Positions 10,307 to 24,300 of a stretch of 64,000 bases of DNA are shown here, in pieces. Position 1 is the stretch's first letter, and each line of letters opens with the position of its first letter. Under the pieces are notes generated by a model, which saw only the letters and a list, made by a program, of their open reading frames with translations, had not been told where the DNA came from and made no database searches. The translations under genes and the position numbers were made by a program. Source of the DNA: Mayamaea pseudoterrestris (Eukaryota); the NCBI GenBank assembly GCA_027923505.1, contig BROI01000013.1:248001-312000 (forward strand), written 5' to 3'.

Positions 10307-12302
10307 TTGGATCATCACAAAAATCCCAACTGAAACTTTGCTGTGTTTGGCAAATGGAACACCCTACTTGTTTCAGTCTCAGTCACACCACAGCCACTGC
10401 CAGAATTGCTGCTGTTTTCAAGTTCCATGCCTTGGACCTTGTCAAGCACCCTCTGCGGATTGCAGTAGCAGGTTCGGATTCTTGGTGGCCAGGTTGCATC
10501 ACTATACAAATCCCATCTGAAACTTTGATGTGGTGGAACCACTTGGAGGAACCTACTTGCTGTATTCACGAACAAACACTGGCTGACTGGCTTCCAAATT
10601 GGAAAATCTCAACCTTTGACTTTGTCAAACATCTTATCCTGATTGCCATGGCATGCTCAGAATCATGCTAGCAAAGTTGGATCATCTCATAAATCCCAAC
10701 TGAAACTTTGCTGTGTTTGGCACATGGAACACCTTACTTGTTTCAGTCTCAGTCACATCACAGCCACTGCCGGAATAGCTGCTGTTTTCAAATTTCCATG
10801 CCTTGGACCTTGTCAAGCGCCTTCTGCGGATTGCAGTAGCAGGTTCAGATTCTTGGTGGCCAGGTTGCATCACTATACAAATCCCATCTGAAACTTTGAT
10901 GTGGTGGAACCACTTGGAGCAACCTACTTGCTGTATTCACGAACAAACACTGGCTGACGGGTTTCCAATTTAAAGCATCTCAACCTTTGAATCTGTCAAA
11001 CATCTTATCCTGATTGCCATGGCATGCTCAGTATCATGCTAGCAAGGTTTGATCATCACATAAATCACAACTGAAACTTTGTTGCGTTTGGCACATGGAA
11101 CACCCTACTTGTTTCAGTCTCAGTCACATCACAGCCACTGCCGGAATTGCTGCTGTTTTCAAAGTTCCAAGTTTTGGACCTTGTCAAGCACCTACTGTGG
11201 ATTGCAGTAGCAGGTTCAGATTCTTGGTGGCCAGGTTGCATCACTATACAAATCCCATCTGAAATTTTGACATTGTGGAACCTACTTGCTGTATTCATGC
11301 ACAGCCACTGGCTGACTGGCTTCCAAATTGGAACATCTCAACATTTGACTTTGTCAAACATCTTATCCTGATTGCCATGGCATGCTCAGAATCATGCTAG
11401 CAAGGTTGGATCATCACATAAATCCCAAATGAAACTTTGCTGTGTTTGGCACATGGAATAGCCTACTTGTTTCAGTCTCAGTCACACCTCAGCCACAGCC
11501 AGAATTGCTGCTGTTTTAAAAGTTCCAAGCCTTGGACCTTGTCAAGCACCCTCTGCGGATTGCAGTAGCATGTTCAGATTCTTGCTGGCCAGGTTGCATC
11601 ACTGTACAAGTCCCATCTGAAACTTTGACATTGTGGAACCTACTTGCTGTATTCGCTAGCACTGCTGCTGGCTTCAAAGTGGACTTCTTTCAATTCTGTT
11701 AGGCGCTCAGAATCAGAAGGTTGGTATCTCAACTGAAACTTTGCTGTGTTTGGCACATGGAACACCCTACTTGTTTCAGTCTCAGTCACACCTCAGCCAC
11801 TGCCAGAATTGCTGCTGTTTTCAAAGTTCCAAGCCTTGGACCATGTCAAGCACCCTCTGCGGATTGCAGTAGCAGGTTCAAGATTCTTGGTGGCCAGGTT
11901 GCATCACTATACAAATCCCATCTGAAACTTTGACATTGTGGAACCTACTTGCAATATTTACGCATGAACACTGGCTGACTGGCTTCCAAATTGGAACATC
12001 TCAACCTTTGACTTTGTCAAACATCTAATCCTGATTGCCATGGCATGCTCAGAATCATGCTAGCAAGGTTGGATCATCACATAAATCCCAACTGAAACTT
12101 TGCTGTGTTTGGCACATGGAACACCCTACTTGTTTCAGTCTCAGTCACATCACAGCCATTGCCAGAATTGCTGCTGTTTTCAAAGTTCCAAGTTTTGGAC
12201 CTTGTCAAGCACTCTCTGCAGACTGCAGTAGCAGGTTCAGATTCTTGGTGGCCAGGTTACATCACTATACAAATCCCATCTGAAACTTTGACGTGGTAGA
12301 AC
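10307..12302. repeat. Satellite B block 1 (371-bp unit, with ~358-bp variants), about 5-6 copies
   Basis: Recurrent GATTGCCATGGCATGCTCAGAATCATGCTAGCAAGGTTGGATCATCACATAAATCCCAACTGAAACTTTGCTGTG. One unit near 11650-11730 is degraded. Confidence 0.95.
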
Positions 12303-15300
12303 ATGGTATGCTTTGCGGGTGTCTCAGGTAATGGCAATGTATTTGGTGACAACTTGTCACCAGTCTCAGCCAGCAGATGGTGTGACATTCAAACGCACCT
12401 ACAGCAAGCCTTGTAGGTGCCCATATCACACCAGAATGGTGTCAGCATCATTATTCAGGCTGCGCTACAAGATGGTAGGTATGGCGGGTGTCTCAGGGGA
12501 TGGCAATGTTTTTGGTGACAACTTGTCACCATTCTCAGCCGCAGATGCCGTGACATTCAAACGCACCTACAGCAAGCCCTGTAGGTGCCCAAAATACACC
12601 AGAATGGTGCCAACATCATTACAGGCTGTGCTACAAGATGGTAGGCTTGGCTGGTGTCTCAGGGGATGGCAATGTATTTGGTGACAACTTGTCACCAGTC
12701 TCAGCCCGCAGATGCCGTAAGTTTCAAACGCCCCTACAGCAAGCCCTGTAGGTGCCCAAATACACCAGAATGGTGCCAAAATCCTTATTCAGGCTGTGCT
12801 ACAAAAATGGTAGGCATGGCTGGTGTCTCAGGGGATGGCAATGTATTTGGTGACAACTTGTCACCAGTCTCAGCCCGCAGATGCCGTGACATTCAACCCC
12901 CCTACAGCAGGCCCTGTAGGTGCCTGAATTACACGAGAATGGTGCCAACATCATTATTCAGGCTGCGCTACAAGATGGTAGGCTTGGCTGGTGTCTCAGG
13001 GGATGACAATGTATTTGGTGACAACGTGTCACCAGTCTCAGCCCGCAGATGCCGTGACATTCAAACGCCCCTACAGCAGGCCCTGTAGGTGCCCAAATTA
13101 CACCAGAATGGTGCCAACATCATTATTCAGGCTGCGCTACAGGATGGTAGGCTTGGCTGGTGTCTCAGGGGATGGCAATGTATTTGGTGACAACTTGTCA
13201 CCAGTCTCAGCCCGCAGATGTCGTGACATTCAAAGCCCCTACAGCAAGCCCTGTAGATGCCCAACATACACCAGAATGGTGCCAACATCATGAATCAGGC
13301 TGCGCTACAAGATGGTAGGCTTGGCTGGTGTCTCAGGGGATGGCAATGTATTTGGTGACAACTTGTCACCAGTCTCAGCCCGCAGATGCCGTGACATTCA
13401 AACGCCCCTACAGCAGGCCCTGTAGGTGCCCAAATTACACCAGAATGGTGCCAACATCCTTATGCAGGCTGCGCTACAAGATGGTAGACTTGGCGGGTGT
13501 CTCAGGGGATGGCAATGTATTTGGTGACAACTTGTCACCAGTCTCAGCCCACAGATGCCGTGACATTCAAACGCCCCTACAGCAAGCCATGTAGGTGCCC
13601 AAACCACACAAAAATGGTGACAACATCATTATGTAGGCTGCGCTACAAGATGGTAGGCTTGGCGGGTGTCTCAGGGGATGGCAATGTATTTGGTGACAAC
13701 TTGTCACCAGTCTCAGCCCGCAGATGCCGTGACATTCAAACGCCCCTACAGCAAGCCCTGTAGGTGCCCATAATACACCAGAATGGTGCCAACATCCTTA
13801 TGCAGGCTGCGCTACAAGATGGTAGGCTTGGCTGGTGTCTCAGGGGATGGCAATGTATTTGGTGACAACTTGTCACCAGTCTCAGCCCGCAGATGCCGTG
13901 ACATTCAAACATCCCTACAGCAAGCCCTGTAGGTGCCCAAAATACACCAGAATGGTGCCAACATCATTATTCAGGCTGCGCTACAAGATGGTAGGCTTGG
14001 CGGGTGTCTCAGGGGATGGCAATGTATTTGGTGACAACTTGTCACCAGTCTCAGCCCACAGATGCCGTGACATTCAAACGCCCCTACAGCAAGCCATGTA
14101 GGTGCCCAAATCACACCAGAAATGGTGACAACATCATTATTATGGCTGCGCTACAAGATGGTAGGCTTAGCTGGTGTCTTAGGGGATGGCAATGTATTTG
14201 GTGACAACTTGTCACCAGTCTCAGCCCGCAGATGCCGTGACATTCAAACGCCCCTACAGCAAGCCCTGTAGGTGCCCATAATACACCAGAATGGTGCCAA
14301 CATCATTATTCAGGCTGCGCTACAAGATGGTAGGCTTGGCTGGTGTCTCAGGGGATGGCAATGTATTTGGTGACAACTTGTCACCAGTCTCAGCCCGCAG
14401 ATGCCGTGACATTCAAACACCCCTACAGCAAGCCCTGTAGGTGCCCAAAATACACCAGAATGGTGCCAACATCCTTATTCTGGCTGCGCTACAAGATGGT
14501 AAGCTTGGATGGTGTCTCAGGGGATGGCCATGTATTTGGTGACAACTTGTCACCAGTCTCAGCCCGCAGATGCCGTGACATTCAAACGCCCCTACAGCAA
14601 GCCCTGTAGGTGCCCAAAATACACCAGAATGGTGCCAACATCCTTATTCAGGCTGCGCTACAAGATGGTAGGCTTTACTGGTGTCTCAGGGGATGGCAAT
14701 GTATTTGGTGACAACTTGTCACCAGTCTCAGCCCGCAGATGCTGTGACATTCAAACGCCCCTACAGCAAGCCCTGTAGGTGCCCAAAATAAACGTTATGG
14801 TGACAACATCATTATTCAGGCTGCGCTACAAGATGGAGGCTTGGCTGGTGTCTCAGGGGATGGCAATGTAATTGGTGACAACTTGTCACCATTCTCAGCC
14901 CGCAGATGCCGTGACATTCAAACGCCCCTACAGCAAGCCCTGTAGGTGCCCAAAATACACCAGAATGGTGCCAACATTATTATTCAGGCTGCGCTACAAG
15001 ATGGTAGGCTTGGCTGGTGTCTCAGGGGATGGCAATGTATTTGGTGACAACTTGTCACCAGTCTCAGCCCGCAGATGCCGTGAGTTTCAAACGCCCCTAC
15101 AGCAAGCCCTGTAGGTGCCCAAAATACACCAGAATGGTGCCAACATCATTATTCAGGCTGCGCTACAAGATGGTAGGCTTGGCTGGTGTCTCAGGGGATG
15201 GCAATGTATTTGGTGACAACTTGTCACCAGTCTCAGCCCGCAGATGCTGTGACATTCAAACGCCCCTACAGCACGCCCTGTAGGTGCCCATAATACACCA

Positions 15301-18300
15301 ATATGGTGCCAACATCCTTATGCAGGCTGCGCTACAAGATGGTAGACTTGGCTGGTGTTTCAGGGGATGGCAATGTATTTGGTGACAACTTGTCACCAGT
15401 CTCAGCCCGCAGATGCCGTGACATTCAAACGCCCCTACAGCAAGACCTGTAGGTGCCCAAAATAAAACAGAATGGTGCCAACATCATTACTCAGGCTGCG
15501 CTACAAGATGGTAGGCTTAGCTGGTGTCTCAGGGGATGGCAATGTATTTGGTGACAACTTGTCACCAGTCTCAGCCCGCAGATGCTGTGACATTCAAACG
15601 CCCCTACAGCAAGCCCTGTAGGTGCCCATAATACACCAGAATGGTGCCAACATCCTTATGCAGGCTGCGCTACAAGATGGTAGGCTTGGCTGGTGTCTCA
15701 GGGGATGGCAATGTATTTGGTGACAACTTGTCACCAGTCTCAGCCCGCAGATGCCGTGACATTCAAACGCCCCTACAGCACGCCCTGTAGGTGCCCATAA
15801 TACACCAGAATGGTGCCAACATCCTTATTCAGGCTGCGCTACAAGATGGTAGACTTGGCTGGTGTCTCAGGGGATGGCAATGTATTTGGTGACAACTTGT
15901 CACCAGTCTCAGCCAGCAGATGCTGGAACATTCAAATGCCCCTACAGCAAGCCCTGTAGGGGCCCAAAATAGGGCCAACATCATTTCAGGCTGCTTGTGC
16001 AAGATGGTTGTTTCAGGGGATGGCAATGTATTTGGTGACAACTTGTCACCAGTCTCAGCCCGCAGATGCCGTGACATTCAAACGCCCCTACAGCAAGCCC
16101 TGTAGGTGCCCATAATACACCAGAATGGTGCCAACATCCTTATGCAGGCTGCGCTACAAGATGGTAGGCTTGGCTGGTGTCTCAGGGGATGGCAATGTAT
16201 TTGGTGACAACTTGTCACCAGTCTCAGCCCGCAGATGCCATGACATTCAAACACCTCTACAGCAAGCCCTGTAGGTGCCCATAATACATCAGAATGGTGC
16301 CAACATCCTTATTCAGGCTGCGCTACAAGATGGTAAGCTTGGATGGTGTCTCAGGGGATGGCAATGTATTTGGTGACAACTTGTCACCAGTCTCAGCCCG
16401 CAGATGCCGTGACATTCACACGCCCCTACAGCAAAACCTGTAGGTGCCCAAAATAAAACAGAATGGTGCCAACATCATTACTCAGGCTGCGCTACAAGAC
16501 GGTGGGCTTAGCTGGTGTCTCAGGGGATGGCAATGTATTTGGTGACAACTTGTCACCAGTCTCAGCCCGCAGATGCCGTGACATTCAAACGCCCCTACAG
16601 CAAGCCCTGTAGGTGCCCATAATACACCAGAATGGTGCCAACATCCTTATGCAGGCTGCGCTACAAGATGGTAGGCTTGGTTGGTGTCTCAGGGGATGGC
16701 AATGTATTTGGTGACAACTTGTCACCAGTCTCAGCCCCCAGATGCCGTGACATTCAAACGCCCCTACAGCAAGCCCTGTAGGTGCCCAAAATACACCAGA
16801 ATGGTGCCAACATCATTATGCAGGCTGCGCTACAAGATGGTAGGCTTGGCTGGTGTCTCAGGGGATGGCAATGTTTTTGGTGACAACTTGTCACCAGTCT
16901 CAGCCCACAGATGCCGTGACATTCAAACGCCCCTACAGCAAGCCATGTAGGTGCCCAAATCACACCAGAAATGGAGACAACATCATTATTCAGGCTGCGC
17001 TACAAGATGGTAGGCTTGGCGGGTGTCTCAGGGAATGGCATTGTATCTGGTGACAACTTTTCACCAGTCTCAGCCCGCAGATGCCGGGACATTCAAACGC
17101 ACCCACAGCAAGCCCTGTAGGTGCCCAAAATACACCGGAATGGTGCCATCATCATTATTCAGGCTGCGCTACAAGATGGTAGGCTTGGCTGGTGTCTCAG
17201 GGAATGGCAATGTAATTGGTGACAACTTGTCACCAGTCTCAGCCCGCAGATGCCGTGAGTTTCAAACGCCCCTACAGCAAGCCAGAATGGTGCCAAAATC
17301 CTTATTCAGGCTGAGCTACAAGATGGTAGGCTTGGCTGGTGTCTCAGGGGATGGCAATGTATTTAATGACAACTTGTCACCAGTCTCAGCCCGCAGATGC
17401 CATGACATTCAAACGCCCCTACAGCAAGCCCTGTAGGTGCCCATAATATACCAGAATGGTGCCAACATCCTTATGCAGGCTGCGCTACAAGATGGTAGGC
17501 TTGGCTGGTGTCTCAGGGGATGGCAATGTATTTGGTGACAACTTGTCACCAGTCTCAGCCCGCAGATGCCGTGACATTCACACGCCCCTACAGCAAGACC
17601 TGTAGGTGCCCAAAATAAAACAGAATGGTGCCAACATCATTATTCAGACTGCGCTACAAGATGGTGGGCTTAGCTGGTGTCTCAGGGGATGGCAATGTAT
17701 TTGGTGACAACTTGTCACCAGTCTCAGCCCGCAGATGCCGTGACATTCAAACGCCCCTACAGCAAGCCCTGTAGGTGCCCATAATACATTAGAATGGTGA
17801 CAACATCCTTATGCAGGCTGCGCTACAAGATGGTAGGCTTGGCTGGTGTCTCAGGGGATGGCAATGTATTTGGTGACAACTTGTCACCAGTCTCAGCCTG
17901 GCAGATGCTGACAGTCCGCACCCTACAGCAACCTGGTCCAATCCACACCAGAAATGGTGACAACATCTTATTCGGGCTGCGCTACAAATGTGCTGCGGGT
18001 GTCTCAGGGAATTGTATTTGGTGACAACTTGTCACCAGTCTCAACCACAGATGCCGGGACATTCAAACGCACCTACAGCAAGCCCACTTGTGGTGCCCAA
18101 AATCACCAGAATGTCTACATCAGCTGCGCTACAAGATGGTAGCTTGGCGGGTGTCTCAGGGGTTGGCAATGTATTTGGTGACAACTTGTCACTCCTGCCG
18201 GGACATTCATTCCCTCAGGCTCGCTTTGGTATTTTGACACTTTCTCCCCAATTTCAAACCCCTCATTGGACAACGTGCCTCTTTTCTACATGTATTGCGG

Positions 18301-21300
18301 TTCAGATCTTTGGACATCCTTATAACCGAATTGGTGCCAACATCGCACTGCGCTCTTACACTGCGCGTCGGGACTTGTGCGTGGTACGGTCGTCACTTTG
18401 CGTAAGAAGGCCCAAACTGGTACAAATATTTTCCTGGCAGTTTTGGACACTTGTCTCTCGCCGCCAGAAGCTCTGCCAAGCCCCGTTAATGACTTGTTAT
18501 GGCAATGTATTTGGTGACAACTTGTCACTCACCAGAGATGCCGTGACATTCAAACGCACCTACAGCAACCCTGTGGGTCCCTAACACATTCAATCCGTAT
18601 CGCTGCGCTACAAATGTGCTTGCGGGTGTCTCGTGGTTTTTGGTGACAACTTGTTCACCAGTCTCACCATGCCGTGACATTCAAACGCCCCTACAGCAAG
18701 CCCTGTGGTGCCCAAATACACGAATGGTGCCAACATCATTATTTAGCTGCGCTACAAATGGTAGGCTTGGCTGGTGTCTCAGGGAATGGCAATGTATTTG
18801 GTGACAACTTGTTCTCCATCTCGGGCATGCCGTGACTTTCAAACGCCCCTAACAACCTTCTGTGCCCAAAAACCAATTGGCATCTTTTTCAGCTGCGCTA
18901 CAAGATGTAGCTTGGCCGGTTCTCAGACCGTCTCAGCTGCAGATGCCGTGACATTCAAACGCACCTACAGCAACCGTGCCCCCAACCCCACATATGGTGA
19001 CAACATCATTTTTCAGGCTGCGCTACAAGATGGTAAGCTTGGCTGGTGTCTCAGGGGATGACAATGTTTTGTGACAACTTGTCACCTGTCTCCCCCCACA
19101 ACACGCCCGCCTCACGCTACTGGTAGACTTGGCGGGTGTCTAGTTTGGGGCACACATTCAAACGCCCCCAAACGTGCCCCCAACCAATGTACAACATCAG
19201 TGGCTGCCATTAAGGCGTGGCTTGGCGGTTCTTAATGTTTTGGTGACAACTTGTCACTCTCCTATATCAAACCGCCCAAGCACACATCTCCTTTCGCTGT
19301 CTTGTTTGCTTCCCGGGGGTCCCCCCCCAAACCCTGTCGTCCCCAATGAAACATAATTTGCTTGGCGGGTGTCTGGGATTGGCAATATTTTGACAACTTG
19401 TCCGTCTCGCCATCCGTGATTTCAAACGCCCACAGCAACCCTTAGGTCCCACCAGAATGGTGCCAACATATTTCAGGCTGCGCTACAAGATGGTAGCTTG
19501 GCGGGTTCTCAGGGGATGGCAATGTATTTGGTGACAACTTGTCACAGTCTCAGCCCACAGGGGAATTCCAACGCCCACAGCAGCCTGGGTGCCCAAATAC
19601 ACCCAGAAATGGGTGACAACATCTTTTCAGGCTGCGCTACAAGTAACTTGGCGGGTGTCTCAGGAATGCAATTATCTGTGGTGACAACTTGTCACCAGTC
19701 TCAGCTCCAGATCCGGACATTCACGCACCTACAGCAGGCCCTGTAGGTGCCCAAATTACACCAGAATGGTGCCTTCATCATTATTCAGGCTGCGCTACAA
19801 GATGGTAGGCTTGGCTGGTGTCTCAGGGGATGGCAATGTGTTTGGTGACAACTTGTCACCAGTCTCAGCCATCAGATGCGGTGACATTCAAACGCCCCTA
19901 CAGCAAGCCCTGTAGGTGCCCAAAATACACCAGAATGGTGCCAACATCCTTATTTAGGCTGCGCTACAAGATGGTAGGCTTGGCTGGTGTCTCAGGGATT
20001 GGCAATGTATTTGGTGACAACTTGTCACCAGTCTCAGCCCACAGATGCCATGACCTTCAAACGCCCCTAAAGCAAGCCCTGTAGGTGCCCAAATACACCA
20101 TAATGGTGCCACATCATTATTGGCGCTCAAGATGGTAGGCTTGACTGGTGTCTCAGGGGATGGCAATGTATTTGGTGACAACTTGTCACCAGTCTCAGCA
20201 AACAGATGCCGTGACATTCAAACGCCCTACAGCAAACCCTGTAGGAGCCCAAAATACACCAGAATGGTGCCAACATCATTATTCAAGCGGCGCTACAAGA
20301 TGGTAGGCTTGGCTGGTGTCTCAGGGGATGGCAATGTATTTGGTGACAACTTGTCACCAGTCTCAGCCCGCAGATGCTGTGACATTCAAATGCACCTACA
20401 GCAAGCCCTGTAGGTGCCCAAACCACACCAGAAATGGTGACAACATCATTATTCAGGCTTCGCTACAAGATGGTAGTCTTGGCTGGTGTCTCAGGGGATG
20501 GCAATGTATTTGGTGACAACTTGTCACCAGTCTCAGCCCGCAGATGCCGTGACATTCAAACGCCCCTACAGCAAGCCCTGTAGGTGCCCAAAATACACCA
20601 GAATGGTGCCAACATCATTATTCAGGCTGCGCTACAAGATGGTAGGCTTGGCTGGTGTCTCAGGGGATGGCAATGTATTTGGTGACAACTTGTCACCAGT
20701 CTCAGCCCGCAGATGCCGTGACATTCAAACGCCCCTACAGCAAGCCCTGTAGGTGCCCAAAATACACCAGAATGGTGCCAACATCATTATTCAGGCTGCG
20801 CTACAAGATGGTAGGCTTGGCTGGTGTCTCAGGGGATGGCAATGTATTTGGTGACAACTTGTCACCAGTCTCAGCCCGCAGATGCCGTGACATTCAAACG
20901 CCCCTACAGCAAGCCCTGTAGGTGCCCAAAATACACCAGAATGGTGCCAACATCATTTTTCAGGCTGCGCTACAAGATGGTAGGCTTGGCTTGTGTCTCA
21001 GGGGATGGAAATGTATTTGGTGACAACTTGTCACCAGTCTCAGCCCGCAGATGCCGTGACATTCAAACGCCCCTACAGCAAGCCCTGTAGGTGCCCAAAT
21101 TACACCAGAATGGTGCCAACATCATTATGTAGGCTGCGCTACAAGAGGGTAGGCTTGGCCGGTGTCTCAGGGCATGGCAATGTATTTGGTGACAACTTGT
21201 CACCAGTCTCAGCCCGCAGATGCCGTGACATTCAAACGCCCCTACAGCAAGCCCTGTAGGTGCCCAAAATACACCAGAATGGTGCCAACATCATTATTCA

Positions 21301-24300
21301 GGCTGCGCTACAAGATGGTAGGCTTGGCTGGTGTCTCAGGGCATGGCAATGTATTTGGTGACAACTTGTCACCAGTCTCAGCCCGCAGATGCCGTGACAT
21401 TCAAACCCCCTACAGCAAGCCCTGTAGGTGCCCAAAATACACCAGAATGGTGCCAACATCATTATTCAGGCTGCGCTACAAGATGGTAGGCTTGGCCGGT
21501 GTCTCAGGGGATGGCAATGTATTTGGTGACAACTTGTCACCAGTCTCAGCCCGCAGATGCTGTGACATTCAAACGCCCCTACAGCAAGCCCTGTAGGTGC
21601 CCAAAATACACCAGAATGGTGCCAACATCATTATTCAGGCTGCGCTACAAGATGGTAGGCTTGGCTGGTGTCTCAGGGGATGGCAATGTATTTGGTGACA
21701 ACTTGTCACCAGTCTCAGCCCGCAGATGCCGTGACATTCAAACACCCCTACAGCAAGCCCTGTAGGTGCCCAAATTACACCAGAATGGTGCCAACATCAT
21801 TATTCAGGCTGCGCTACAAGATGGTAGGCTTGGCTGGTGTCTCAGGGGATGGCAATGTATTTGGTGACAACTTGTCACCAGTCTCAGCCCGCAGATGCCG
21901 GGACATTCAAACGCACCTACAGCAAGCCCTGTAGGTGCCCAAATTACACCAGAAGGGTGCCAGCATCTTTTTACAGGCTGCGCTACAAGATGGTAGGCTT
22001 GGCGGGTGTCTCAGGGATTGGCAATGTATTTGGTGACAACTTGTCACCAGTCTCAGCCCACAGATACCATGACATTCAAACGCCCCTACAGCAAGCCATG
22101 TAGGTGCCCAAATCACACCAGAAATGGTGCCAACATCAGTATTCAGGCTGCGCTACAAGATGGTAGGCTTGGCTGGTGTCTCAGGGGATGGCAATGTATT
22201 TGGTGACAACTTGTCACCAGTCTCAGCCCGCAGATGCCGTGACATTCAAACGCCCCTACAGCAAGCCCTGTAGGTGCCCAAATTACACCAGAAATGGTGC
22301 CAACATCATTATTCAGGCTGCGCTACAAGATGGTAGGCTTGGCTGGTGTCTCAGGGGATGGCAATGTATTTGGTGACAACTTGTCACCAGTCTCAGCCCG
22401 CAGATGCCGTGACATTCAAACGCCCCTACAGCAAGCCCTGTAGGTGCCCAAAATACACCAGAATGGTGCCAACATCATTATTCAGGCTGCGCTACAAGAT
22501 GGTAAGCTTGGCTGGTGTCTCAGGGGATGGCAATGTATTTGGTGACAACTTGTCACCAGTCTCAGCCCGCAGATGCCGTGACATTCAAACGCCCCTACAG
22601 CAAGCCCTGTAGGTGCCCAAAATACACCAGAATGGTGCCAACATCATTATTCAGGCTGCGCTACAAGATGGTAGGCTTGGCTGGTGTCTCAGGGGATGGC
22701 AATGTATTTGGTGACAACTTGTCACCAGTCTCAGCCCGCAGATGCCGTGACATTCAAACGCCCCTACAGCAAGCCCTGTAGGTGCCCAAAATACACCAGA
22801 ATGGTGCCAACATCATTATTCAGGCTGCGCTACAAGATGGTAGGCTTGGCTGGTGTCTCAGGGGATGGCAATGTATTTGGTGACAACTTGTCACCAGTCT
22901 CAGCCCGCAGATGCCGTGACATTCAAACGCCCCTACAGCAAGCCCTGTAGGTGCCCAAATCACACCAGAAATGGTGCCAACATCAGTATTCAGGCTGCGC
23001 TACAAGATGGTATGCTTGGCTGTTGTCTCAGCGGATGGCAATGTAATTGGTGACAACTTGTCACCAGTCTCAGCCCGCAGATGCCGTGACATTCAAACGC
23101 ACCTACAGCAAGCCTTATAGGTGCCCAAACCACACCAGAAATGGTGACAACATCATTATTCAGGCTGCGCTACAAGATGGTAGGCTTGGCGGGCGTCTCA
23201 GGGAATGGCAATGTATTTGGTGACAACTTGTCACCAGTCTCAGCCCGCAGATGCCGGGACATTCAAACGCCCCTACAGCAAGCCCTGTAGGTGCCCAAAA
23301 TACACCAGAATGGTTCCGACATCATTATTCAGGCTGCGCTACAAAATGGTAGGCTTGGCGGGTGTCTCAGGTATTGGCAATGTATTTGGTGACAACTTGT
23401 CACCAGTCTCATCCCGCAGATGCCGTGACGTTCAACCGCCCCTACAGCAAGACCTGTAGGTGCCCAAAATACACCAGAATGGTGCCAACATCATTATTCA
23501 GGCTGCGCTACAAGATGGTAGGCTTGGCTGGTGTCTCAGGGGATGGCAATGTATTTGGTGACAACTTGTCACCAGTCTCAGCCCGCAGATGCCGTGACAT
23601 TCAAACGCCCCTACAGCAAGCCCTGTAGGTGCCCAAATTACACCAGAATGGTGCCAACATCATTATTCAGGCTGCGCTACAAGATGGTAAGCTTGGCTGG
23701 TGTCTCAGGGGATGGCAATGTATTTGGTGACAACTTGTCACCAGTCTCAGCCCGCAGATGCCGTGACATTCAAACGCCCCTACAGCAAGCCCTGTAGGTG
23801 CCCAAAATACACCAGAATGGTGCCAACATCATTATTCAGGCTGCGCTACAAGATGGTAAGCTTGGCTGGTGTCTCAGGGGATGGCAATGTATTTGGTGAC
23901 AACTTGTCACCAGTCTCAGCCCGCAGATGCCGTGACATTCAAACGCCCCTACAGCAAGCCCTGTAGGTGCCCAAAATACACCAGAATGGTGCCAACATCA
24001 TTATTCAGGCTGCGCTACAAGATGGTAGGCTTGGCTGGTGTCTCAGGGATGGCAATGTATTTGGTGACAACTTGTCACCAGTCTCAGCCCGCAGATGCCG
24101 TGACATTCAAACGCCCCTACAGCAAGCCCTGTAGGTGCCCAAAATACACCAGAATGGTGCCAACATCATTATTCAGGCTGCGCTACAAGATGGTAGGCTT
24201 GGCTGGTGTCTCAGGGGATGGCAATGTATTTGGTGACAACTTGTCACCAGTCTCAGCCCGCAGATGCCGTGACATTCAAACGCCCCTACAGCAAGCCCTG

